Shown: in pieces, positions 52,733-61,798 of the stretch
Position numbering within the stretch: the stretch's first letter is position 1
Layout: each line of letters begins with the position of its first letter
From: a virus
Taxonomy: Duplodnaviria; Heunggongvirae; Uroviricota; Caudoviricetes
Virus record (IMG/VR): IMGVR_UViG_3300003691_000001
Span: 1 to 64,000 of that record
Reading direction: 5' to 3' (one strand)
DNA: 64,000 nucleotides
Translations under genes and position numbers: made by a program
Notes under the pieces: model-generated
Seen by the model: only the letters and a program-made list of their open reading frames with translations
Told to the model about the DNA's origin: nothing
Databases searched by the model: none

Positions 52733-55122
52733 TAGACAAATTCTCCTATGACTGCTGCAACGTCTGTATTACTTAATAAGCTATTAAACATTACAACATC
52801 GTATATTGTTCCATCGAAATCATTACTCGTGCTAGACGTGTAAGCTCCTAAGAATACCGCTGTTACAGTCGATGCACTCATTGCCATGGCTGTACCTGTT
52901 GAGTTCAAGGCTCCTAGGTTATCATACGCTTTCGTCTCGGATGTCCCTGAATTATAAGTAATACCGAAGGATACATCCACATCTGTTGGGAAGAAGTCCC
53001 CTACTGTGTTGTGAACATCACTAATACTACTGTTACCAGTGATACGTAATTCTTTAGATCCTGTACTTCCGACCTTAAGCCTATTCTCACCAGCTGTCTG
53101 TCCATACAATGTACGGTTAACACTATCAGTTACCTTCTTAACCCTCATACAAATAGTCCAATCCGTTTGAGGTATCTTACAGGTAGTAGGAATTTGTAAT
53201 CGTCCATCTCCACCTGTTGGGAACTCTGCACCACCAGCTACAATATTAACTTCTCTTGAAGTAACAGGGAATGCATGGTTTGCATTTCCAGATTGATCTA
53301 ACCAATCCATTGAAGTTCCATTCACAGATTGTCCAATACCCTTCTGCAACCATAGAGTTGGGCTTAATGCTGCTGTAGGAGATGCAGAGTGAGCTTGTGA
53401 AAGTATTGAAGACATTGTTCCATTACCTAAAGAGTTTACAGCATACATCTGGAATTCATATGTAGTGCCTTCAACTGCTGCAGAATATAATGAAGATGTC
53501 GTTGCTTGGTTGGCTATGACAGTATTGTCTCCAACATCAAATGAACCAGCTCCAAATATTCTCCTCTGAATAACATACCCTGTAACAACTGGATCATGTA
53601 CAAGTGCATCCCATGAAATTGTAATTCCGCTTGGCCCATCTGCTAATGCAAAGTTAGATACAGCCACTGGAAGTGTGTTTGTTATAGGGGTTATCTCCAC
53701 AGTATTGAAAACACCAGTTCCTGCTGCACTGGTTGCATACACTCTGAATGTGTAGCTTGTACCATCTGTAAGTCCTGTTTCATTGTGGCTAACTGCGCTG
53801 GTTCCTAGTGTTGCTACGGTGACATATGTACCATCCCCCGCAGCTGTTAATTTCTGTTGTACTACATAAGCTGTAATCACAGGGACTTGTGTTGGAAGTA
53901 AATCCCATGTCAAGAATGCAATAGTGGAATCCTGTGTAGCTGCTAAGTTAGATATCTGTGCAGGAACTGTTGGGAGTACTCCATGGTTATCTAGAGCAAC
54001 TTTATAAGCCTCATAAAATCTGTTACCCCATATTCGTAAACCTACGGAATCTACGTGTAAATCAAATTGTCCACCTTTTAGCCACGTAACATCATAATCA
54101 GATTGTGCAGTATGAGCGGTGGTAGATACAATTGTTACAATATCTGCATTGATTGTGGTGGAGTCTGGACCTACGGAGGTTACTTGTCCTATAATGAAAG
54201 GCACTTTAGTGAAGGTGGGTTGACGAACTGTAGGGTTCAAAACACCACCTGTCCGAAGGGTATTTATTACATTTAAAAGCCCATTACCCCATTGCATAGA
54301 TGATAAAGAGCCCCCTGCAAAAGCATCTGTCTCTCCTTGTTGATAACACATCATAACAATTCTATTATCTGGGTGGTCATCTAAGAACTCATTAGCAAGT
54401 GAAACCGCATGTAAAAACTCTGCACCACTTGGAGCCGCTTGAGTTGTTCCTCCTGCTACTAATCCTGTACTTCCTTTAGCAGCAGGAAGCAATACCACTT
54501 GTCTATTACCTAGCCGTGTATTACCTTCTATATACCTTTTACCTAGTGTAACTCCAAGTCCTACACTCTCTGCCCTTACTGCACCATTCCCAGTACCAAA
54601 ATCATTGGCGTGGTCTAATGGATCATCTGCAAGAACATAATTACCCGCTGCAACAGAATCTGTTGTAAATGTTAAATGATCATCTGTTACTCTATCTGTT
54701 CTACGTAGTTGTAGGAGTTGTGGATGAGTGCTATCTAGGGTAGCATTGTACCCTCTCATCCCTGCTTCCTCTACTTCACCATTATGTCCACACATATTGG
54801 ACTGGCCCATTAGAAGTATTCCATCCCTACCTTCACCTGTAGCTGCTGACCACTCACCTAGATCAGGTGTACTGTAGATAGTTGCACCCGATGTAAATGT
54901 CGGCATAGGATCTGCAGTGGTTTCCATGATCCTGTTAACAGTTATAGTATTACCCCCTGTAACAGTGGCTTCTACAATGGCATATACTGTAGTGTTTGTT
55001 GTTTGTTCTATTGTGAATATAGACCTTTCACCGTTAGGTGTTGCCAAGTACCCTGATTCCAAGGTTACAGAGAAAGGGCTTACTTGATCTGTTGTTGTAT
55101 ATTGGCTTCTATTTCTTATCAT
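52732..55122 (-). CDS. Tail fibre/spike with a SASA/SGNH-type carbohydrate esterase domain, FN3 repeats and a C-terminal LamG-like lectin
   Basis: ILLMGQSNMCGHNG (GQSNM esterase block). Two FN3-like units (YTFRVYAT, YEFQMYAV). DQSGNANHA LamG block. Shares its N-terminal roughly 90 aa with the next two genes. Confidence 0.65.
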   Translation of the reverse strand: MIRNRSQYTTTDQVSPFSVTLESGYLATPNGERSIFTIEQTTNTTVYAIVEATVTGGNTITVNRIMETTADPMPTFTSGATIYSTPDLGEWSAATGEGRDGILLMGQSNMCGHNGEVEEAGMRGYNATLDSTHPQLLQLRRTDRVTDDHLTFTTDSVAAGNYVLADDPLDHANDFGTGNGAVRAESVGLGVTLGKRYIEGNTRLGNRQVVLLPAAKGSTGLVAGGTTQAAPSGAEFLHAVSLANEFLDDHPDNRIVMMCYQQGETDAFAGGSLSSMQWGNGLLNVINTLRTGGVLNPTVRQPTFTKVPFIIGQVTSVGPDSTTINADIVTIVSTTAHTAQSDYDVTWLKGGQFDLHVDSVGLRIWGNRFYEAYKVALDNHGVLPTVPAQISNLAATQDSTIAFLTWDLLPTQVPVITAYVVQQKLTAAGDGTYVTVATLGTSAVSHNETGLTDGTSYTFRVYATSAAGTGVFNTVEITPITNTLPVAVSNFALADGPSGITISWDALVHDPVVTGYVIQRRIFGAGSFDVGDNTVIANQATTSSLYSAAVEGTTYEFQMYAVNSLGNGTMSSILSQAHSASPTAALSPTLWLQKGIGQSVNGTSMDWLDQSGNANHAFPVTSREVNIVAGGAEFPTGGDGRLQIPTTCKIPQTDWTICMRVKKVTDSVNRTLYGQTAGENRLKVGSTGSKELRITGNSSISDVHNTVGDFFPTDVDVSFGITYNSGTSETKAYDNLGALNSTGTAMAMSASTVTAVFLGAYTSSTSNDFDGTIYDVVMFNSLLSNTDVAAVIGEFV

Positions 55123-56219
55123 AACGTTACATTCTCAAAGCTTGCTACATATGCATCATATATTGTATTACTGAATGACCTTTGACTTGCAGCATTTGTG
55201 AATCTCAGTGTTGCATCTGATGTTGAAGTTGGATTAGCATACCCTACTCCTGTGAACCTGGTGGGCGCTGAAGAAATAGATGCGTTTATTGTCGTGGCTT
55301 CAGCACCTATATCTGTAATAGTATCTCCGTTCAGTCCACAAACTACGATAGGTACATCAGGGTATGTAACTCTATAGTTGGTTATGATAAGATCCAAGCC
55401 TGCCTCGAATCCTGCAGATGCTGCCAGGTCTGCATCTGTTACTCCCAGTGATATAATAATACCGGCTATTCTATTATCAGTATCAAGAGCTGTGAACTTA
55501 GCTGCATGAATCTCACTCTTTCCGAAATTGGTTCCTGCTGAATCAGCATAGTCACCTGCATTGATTGAAGAAGCTATATCTCCTGCAGGTATTAAGACTA
55601 CCTTCCTTGCACCTGGAAACCTATAAAAGTAATTCTTTGCAAATGGTATCCCAAAACCTATACTATCTACAGGACCTATATTACCGGTCGTCTGGTTATG
55701 CGGCATAGGATCTTCTGCCACTCGTACTTGATCCACCACTAAAGCATCTGCAGTAGTTGCAGAGTGTGCTGCATTAATCACGAGATTGTTTTCACTAAGC
55801 ATCAAGATATTAGAATCTGCATAGTCTAAACGAGTGTTCCACCCATTATTAGAGTACGTTGCTCCATTATATCCCACTGAGTTACCATCTCCTATGATAA
55901 TGAATCCATCCATCCCACCTTCAGTTTGATCACTATATTTAGAAATAGGTAGGGCACTGTATATATTAACTGTTCCAGTTAATGTCGGTAATCCACCTCC
56001 ACCATCTGTTGTGTACTCTATCGAGTCTACTGTCAACGTAGTACCTGTTGTTATGGTTGCAACAACATTAGCAAATGCCGCTTTGTTATCAGCATCTTCT
56101 ATGATGAAGTAACCTTTCACATCATCTGTAGCTGCTACAGCTCCTGCTGAAAGTGCTATCGTAAAAGGCGATGTTGTTGAACTGGTAGTATATGAAGCCC
56201 TGTTAAATATTGTCGGCAT
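55119..56219 (-). CDS. Paralogous tail fibre/spike, SGNH-like domain with altered block I
   Basis: N-terminal PTIFNRASYTT..KGYFIIEDADNKAAFANVVAT anchor. FIIIGDGNSVG where GQSNM would be. Confidence 0.6.
   Translation of the reverse strand: MPTIFNRASYTTSSTTSPFTIALSAGAVAATDDVKGYFIIEDADNKAAFANVVATITTGTTLTVDSIEYTTDGGGGLPTLTGTVNIYSALPISKYSDQTEGGMDGFIIIGDGNSVGYNGATYSNNGWNTRLDYADSNILMLSENNLVINAAHSATTADALVVDQVRVAEDPMPHNQTTGNIGPVDSIGFGIPFAKNYFYRFPGARKVVLIPAGDIASSINAGDYADSAGTNFGKSEIHAAKFTALDTDNRIAGIIISLGVTDADLAASAGFEAGLDLIITNYRVTYPDVPIVVCGLNGDTITDIGAEATTINASISSAPTRFTGVGYANPTSTSDATLRFTNAASQRSFSNTIYDAYVASFENVTL
55966..56120. repeat. 155-nt direct repeat shared with 57086..57240
   Basis: First 45 nt and last about 62 nt nearly identical (aacaacattagcaaatgccgctttgttatcagcatcttctatgatgaagtaacctttcac). 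Encodes the shared N-terminal anchor. Confidence 0.6.
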
Positions 56220-56241
56220 TTTAATCCCCTTATCCTAATTC

Positions 56242-57363
56242 TTATAATGTAACGTTTTCTGCTGCAACTTCAAAAGATGTGTAGATAACATCTCCGAAGG
56301 ATCTCAAGCCTGCACTATCCATTAATCTACTAGTCGCATCTAATCCATATCCAACAAGAGGTGTTGCAACAGCTAGGTTAGAAAACCTATTAGGAGCATC
56401 AAGAAGACTTGTATCGATTGTTGTAGCGTGTGCACCTATTGTGCTTACAGTGGTAGGATGCATAGTACACACCACTACTGTAGCATCTGGATATTGTGCT
56501 CTTTGACTTGTAATCATTGCATCGAACCCTGCTTCAAATCCTGCAGATGCTGCCAGGTCTGCATCTGTTATCCCTAATGATATAATAATACCTGTTATCC
56601 TATTTCCACTATTTAAGGCTAGGAATTCATCTGCTCTTGTTATTCCTCGCTCAGCATCTGTACTATAATTACTTGCATTAATAGAAGCTGTTGAACTAGC
56701 TAAAGGAATCAATACCGGTCTACGTGCAGCGGGGTAATGATTGAAGTAATTCTTTGCAAATGCCATTGCAAAACCTACACTATCTGCTCCTCCTAATGTA
56801 GTACCAGTTGAATGGTGATGAGGAAGCGGATCTTCTGCAGAGGTTATTTGATCTACGACCTCTGGATCATTAGAGGTTAGTGTATGACCCTCGTTGAAAA
56901 TTACATCAATTTCCCTGTACATAAGGACGTTGTAATCTACGTAGTCAAGACTCTTATTCCATCCTGCAGTAGATTGTGCAGTACCATTTATACCTACTGC
57001 ATTCTGATCACCTAGTAACAGTATCCCATCTTGCCCATCTTCCGCTGCTACTCCATACTTAGAGACAGGGAGGGAACTAAAGAGATTAACTGTTCCAGTT
57101 AATGTCGGTAATCCACCTCCACCGTCTGTTGTGAATTCAATAGAGTTCACTGTAAGGGTATTACCCCCTGTAACAGTTGCAACAACATTAGCAAATGCCG
57201 CTTTGTTATCAGCATCTTCTATGATGAAGTAACCTTTCACGCTATTAGGCGCTGCAGTGAAGCCTGTTCCCAATGATATAGTGAACGGTGATGTAACTTG
57301 TGCAGAGGTATAAAAAGCTCTGTTAAATATAGATGGCATATCGCCTATCCCCTTTAGTATCAA
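56242..57363 (-). CDS. Paralogous tail fibre/spike, SGNH-like domain lacking the block-I serine
   Basis: PSIFNRAFYTS..KGYFIIEDADNKAAFANVVAT anchor. ILLLGDQNAVG. Confidence 0.6.
   Translation of the reverse strand: MILKGIGDMPSIFNRAFYTSAQVTSPFTISLGTGFTAAPNSVKGYFIIEDADNKAAFANVVATVTGGNTLTVNSIEFTTDGGGGLPTLTGTVNLFSSLPVSKYGVAAEDGQDGILLLGDQNAVGINGTAQSTAGWNKSLDYVDYNVLMYREIDVIFNEGHTLTSNDPEVVDQITSAEDPLPHHHSTGTTLGGADSVGFAMAFAKNYFNHYPAARRPVLIPLASSTASINASNYSTDAERGITRADEFLALNSGNRITGIIISLGITDADLAASAGFEAGFDAMITSQRAQYPDATVVVCTMHPTTVSTIGAHATTIDTSLLDAPNRFSNLAVATPLVGYGLDATSRLMDSAGLRSFGDVIYTSFEVAAENVTL
57086..57240. repeat. 155-nt direct repeat, partner of 55966..56120
   Basis: See partner entry. A second shared stretch lies at 56520..56595 versus 55395..55470. 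Confidence 0.6.
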
Positions 57364-57372
57364 TTAATAACT

Positions 57373-60300
57373 TTACTTCCAAACTTCTAACTTTATCCTT
57401 GGAGGTGTCACAGATTCAGAATATCCTACTACTACGCATTTACCTCCTCCACTGAAGCCGAACCTTGGATGATCTATATCAATAACATCACCTAGTTCAA
57501 TGCTGAAAGGTGTTGCAAAAGCTTCTACATTGTAAACAGTACGGATTTCACTATTTAAAGATAATCTCCTGTTTGCTTCTGTACTAGCTTCTGTAGGATC
57601 TGTAAGAAGTGTCTGCACCAAGGGAGGCTCTGTAGCCAATAAGTGAGTTAATCCTGTGCTATCTGACACTCTCTTAGATTCTTGCCATTGGACACCTAGA
57701 GCCGTAACTTCATCCAATGTTGCACTACCTGCAATATCCGAAGGATTCATTACTGTGTAGTTTTTACTGTATCCAAGATTGATCTGCTTTTGAGGTAAGT
57801 ATCTTTTCTTTATAGAGATTCCTCCTTCAACAATATCATCCTGTGTAATACTAAGAGTTGGACTTTCCAGTGTAGGATCTATTAGTACACCTAGTACAAG
57901 TTTACCGTTTCTACCAAATCCCCACCAACCCCCTATACTTCCTACTAAGCTATCCAGTATAGATGATACAGTGGCAACCTGGTCTATATAGGTTCCAACT
58001 TTCTGCGGGAACGCTGTCCTGAAGGATTGGAAACTTGGAATATCAATATCACTTGATGTTAATGATGTCCTAGTCGTTACTACTTCATAGATGATACTAG
58101 CTACGTCATCTATATAACTTCCACCTCCGCCGCCTAATCCTGCCTCTGGTTTTACACCTTCTACATCGCAAGTTATCTTCCCTGCAGGAGCATTTTGTAA
58201 TTCGATATCGTTTATTGAACCGTTAACCCAGTCTGGTCCATTGTTCAATTGAATACCGCTGTCATACACCGCTGTAACTTCTTGCAGGTCTGTTGGGCAT
58301 ATTATGTAGTTAAGGTTGGTAGAGCTATATAGAGGTGGTGCTATATTAAGGACCCTCCCATATACTGTAGGTATAATCTTATTAGCATTAGGACCTGCAG
58401 GTATGTATTCCACCGACAAAGGCTTTTCAAGTTCAAGACCCTTATCTCCCACCTTAAGTACAAGGAAGTCTCTGCCTTTCGTTGTAAGCTCTAAGCTAGT
58501 ACCTTCCATTATTATTTCAAACTTACTATATTCCCAACTAGGGTCTCCCAGTTTTAAAGTAACACCTCTACCATTCCAAGACCTATTTAACCAATCATCC
58601 CTTACTCCATCTAAGTTTTCTATAACAATGTCACCGAAACTTTGTGTCGTTTTCTTTTCTAAGGCTTCCGACATACTTCTTCTAAATAATGGAAAAGATG
58701 TGATTATATCTGGATAGTCAACATTGGGTTGTGGATCTGTAGGAGAGGTAATGAATCCTAGTGTTGACATTCTCTCTGTCAATTCTACTGTTCCACCCGT
58801 TATCATTGGACCAAACACTTCATCTGTTGTTATTAGATTATCTCCGAAGACTTCCTCTATGGAAACCCCTGCACCATCCACATATACAGCCTCTACAAGT
58901 AATACCCGCTGTGCATCTTCATCTGCTAACCAAGCTCTATATTCCTTTTGCTGCTGTGTTAGATTCCCTTCGATAAACCAGAGAAATGTATTAGCATCTA
59001 TAAAACCTGCATCATTCGTTGCACGTATTATAACGTTATATCCAAAGTCAATAGTATCAGTGATTATTCCTGATATAACACCTGCTGAAGATATCGTTAA
59101 TCCATCTGGCGCTGCAGTTCTGAACTCATAGTTAGAAGGTTCATTAGCAAAAGCAGATGTTACATCTATGGATATTACACCTCCTGATCTACTGTTTAAA
59201 TCAGGAAGTATTACTCCTGATAAGGTCGGTGTCTTATCACCGTTAACCGTCCAACTGAATGTCAAAGATGTTGCACTTCCTAGTGAATTCTGTGCGCGTA
59301 TTGAAATACCTGCGTGGGCTGCATATACTTGAGAAGATACTGTTCCGCTTATAACACCTGTTAAAGAGTTAAGCGCTAATCCTGCAGGTAGTGTTCCAGA
59401 CTGTAGAATGAACAGTGTTGGATCATTACCAAAGTGAACTGATATATTCAGATTAACACCTGTATTGGGTACAGTGGATTGATCTGGTATCGCTGTAAGG
59501 ACTACTGGAGAAGTTCCTATTGTCCAATTGAAAGCGTTACTCTCTGCTGAACCGTCTGTGTTAACACCTGTAATCTGTATGCTAGGGAACTGTGTAGCAG
59601 CTGCAGGAGTCGATCCTGAAGCCACCCCTGTTGCAGTGTCAAAAGTCACTCCTGTAGGAAATGATCCGCCTGAAAGAACGTAGCTTGTTGCACTCGTAAA
59701 GTATGAAGAGAAGTCTTCACTTACTGTCGCGCTTTGTCCACTAGTTATATTAGGTATCGTACCTGTTGTTGCTACTGGTGCAAAGACAGTCCAATTAAAT
59801 GTTAAACTTGTTACATCTCCAAAACTGTTTATAGCTTTTATAGCTATTCCTGAATATAGTGTAGGGAATGTATCTGCTATAGTACCCGATAACAACCCTG
59901 TTGAACCATTAAATGTTAATCCTACAGGCAGGGGATTTCCTACGGATTGATAAGAAGTTGGAGACCTACTGAAATAGGGTACTACAGAGAAAGATACCAC
60001 TTCTGCCGGAGAAACCTGTCTTCCAGGTATGCTTCCATTTAATACCGGAGGTTGTCCCACAACCCAATCAAACCCTGTTGCATTAACCGATCCTTCGCTA
60101 TTAGTACCTGTTATAACAATACTAGGGTAGGTTACCGTCTCATTGACTAGTGTTCCTGATATAACCCCTGTACTTGTTGAAAGAATTAATCCAGAGGGGA
60201 GTCTACCATCATCTGAGTAAGATGATACACCCGTAAAGAAGGATGATACATCTAAAGTAGGGGATGTTAATGCCACATCTTCCTGATCTGGGATAGTTCC

Positions 60301-61743
60301 TGAGAAGATGGGAAGAGCTTTCTTAACATCCCAGTCAAAGGTCTCACCATCATTATTCCCTGTACTATTAGTAGCTCTTATCTGTATACCATTGAAAGAT
60401 GAATCTGTTAAGTTTGATGCTGTAGTACCTGATGCCACCCCAGTAGAAGTATTTAATGTTATATTTGTCGGCAGTGCACCAGCTAGTACTGAGTAAGATG
60501 TAGCCCCTGTCCAGAATACTGAAAAGTCTACACTGATGACTTCCCCTGCAGAGCTTACTATGTCATTAAAGACTTGGTTTGCCTGCGGATTACCAGGTTG
60601 TTTTGTTCTCTCTGGAGCCCCTAACACTGTCCATGTAAACGGATCATGCAAAACAGTTCTAAGTGTTCCTCCGAATGTGTTGCTGAGTTGTATTACAATG
60701 TTCTCGTAAGTACCAACACCACTAGGCAGAGTTCCTCCAAAAGCTCCTGTAGAGCTGTTTAATGTCACTCCTAGCGGTAATGATCCTGAGTATAATGAAT
60801 AAGTTTCCACGCCCTCAGAGAAACTTGCAATACTAGAACTAACTGCATCTCCAGTCTCTCCAACCTGATCCGGTATAGGGGACAATATAACAGGGGGTCC
60901 CTGTACAGTCCATGTAAAGGCCTGGAACATCAACCCACCTGCAGGATTGGTAGGTCTTAATGTAATACCACTATGTATCCCTGCTTCACCTGTGATTGTC
61001 CCGTTAATATACCAAGGATTATTAGGTGTACTTGGAATAATTGTCAATCCATCAGGCAACGTTCCTGCTACTATATCAACAGATGTTAGGTTAAAAGGGT
61101 CTGTAGGGATGATAATATTAACAGTATCGCCAAGAGCATTCGATTGGTCTCCCAGGGGAGGGAGTATTGAACTTGGAGCTGGTATACGATAGTGTTCTAT
61201 TTTAAACGCGTTGGATCTCTCTCCTAATATAGAGGGGAAGGCAAATAGTTTAAACTGTGATCCAAATACCCCTTCTGCAGCTGGAACCCCTGATATGACA
61301 CCCGCTGCAGATAATGTAAGTCCCTCAGGAAGGGGGTTTAGGTAATATCCGTATCCTGATATAGTACCTGTGAATTCCGTAGAGATATCTATATTTTGTG
61401 GTACATCACTTATATATTGAATATCTGCAATATTACCAGTGAACCTAGGGGTTGACGGTAAGTATTTACTTATGGTAAATAAATTACTCTGAGTAATACC
61501 ATCGGAATTTACTGCAGCTATACTAAACTGTGTACCAAGTGTTCCTACCCCGTCTGGAGTCCCTGTTATAACCCCTGTACTTTGGTTTATCACCATACCA
61601 GGTGGTATTACATTTACAAAGAAATTGTAATTAACTGCAGGTGGTGAACTAGTACTGAAATAAGTAGACACATCCACATTTATAGAATTATTATCAGTCA
61701 TCTCTATATCTGGAATAGTACCTATGAAAATTGGTGCTGCCAT
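57373..61743 (-). CDS. Giant tail or host-specificity protein (1456 aa) with about ten putative-Ig (He_PIG/CADG-like) repeats and a C-terminal fibre domain
   Basis: Reiterated ..LP.GLT.N.STGVISGT.. units through the N-terminal roughly 900 aa. The C-terminal roughly 550 aa is non-repetitive. Confidence 0.6.
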   Translation of the reverse strand: MAAPIFIGTIPDIEMTDNNSINVDVSTYFSTSSPPAVNYNFFVNVIPPGMVINQSTGVITGTPDGVGTLGTQFSIAAVNSDGITQSNLFTISKYLPSTPRFTGNIADIQYISDVPQNIDISTEFTGTISGYGYYLNPLPEGLTLSAAGVISGVPAAEGVFGSQFKLFAFPSILGERSNAFKIEHYRIPAPSSILPPLGDQSNALGDTVNIIIPTDPFNLTSVDIVAGTLPDGLTIIPSTPNNPWYINGTITGEAGIHSGITLRPTNPAGGLMFQAFTWTVQGPPVILSPIPDQVGETGDAVSSSIASFSEGVETYSLYSGSLPLGVTLNSSTGAFGGTLPSGVGTYENIVIQLSNTFGGTLRTVLHDPFTWTVLGAPERTKQPGNPQANQVFNDIVSSAGEVISVDFSVFWTGATSYSVLAGALPTNITLNTSTGVASGTTASNLTDSSFNGIQIRATNSTGNNDGETFDWDVKKALPIFSGTIPDQEDVALTSPTLDVSSFFTGVSSYSDDGRLPSGLILSTSTGVISGTLVNETVTYPSIVITGTNSEGSVNATGFDWVVGQPPVLNGSIPGRQVSPAEVVSFSVVPYFSRSPTSYQSVGNPLPVGLTFNGSTGLLSGTIADTFPTLYSGIAIKAINSFGDVTSLTFNWTVFAPVATTGTIPNITSGQSATVSEDFSSYFTSATSYVLSGGSFPTGVTFDTATGVASGSTPAAATQFPSIQITGVNTDGSAESNAFNWTIGTSPVVLTAIPDQSTVPNTGVNLNISVHFGNDPTLFILQSGTLPAGLALNSLTGVISGTVSSQVYAAHAGISIRAQNSLGSATSLTFSWTVNGDKTPTLSGVILPDLNSRSGGVISIDVTSAFANEPSNYEFRTAAPDGLTISSAGVISGIITDTIDFGYNVIIRATNDAGFIDANTFLWFIEGNLTQQQKEYRAWLADEDAQRVLLVEAVYVDGAGVSIEEVFGDNLITTDEVFGPMITGGTVELTERMSTLGFITSPTDPQPNVDYPDIITSFPLFRRSMSEALEKKTTQSFGDIVIENLDGVRDDWLNRSWNGRGVTLKLGDPSWEYSKFEIIMEGTSLELTTKGRDFLVLKVGDKGLELEKPLSVEYIPAGPNANKIIPTVYGRVLNIAPPLYSSTNLNYIICPTDLQEVTAVYDSGIQLNNGPDWVNGSINDIELQNAPAGKITCDVEGVKPEAGLGGGGGSYIDDVASIIYEVVTTRTSLTSSDIDIPSFQSFRTAFPQKVGTYIDQVATVSSILDSLVGSIGGWWGFGRNGKLVLGVLIDPTLESPTLSITQDDIVEGGISIKKRYLPQKQINLGYSKNYTVMNPSDIAGSATLDEVTALGVQWQESKRVSDSTGLTHLLATEPPLVQTLLTDPTEASTEANRRLSLNSEIRTVYNVEAFATPFSIELGDVIDIDHPRFGFSGGGKCVVVGYSESVTPPRIKLEVWK

Positions 61744-61798
61744 TACTACGTCCCCCTTTATGAATTAGTAGGGGCTCTTTCAGCCCCTGTTGTATTAC

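Noticed and set aside
58316-59131. Plus-strand ORFs (133 and 135 aa) inside the minus-strand 1456-aa gene, and similar antisense ORFs at 50394..51965, 347..709, 10491..11015, 29171..29536
   Set aside because: They are fully embedded antisense to long, motif-supported genes, lack RBS context, and have low-complexity translations.
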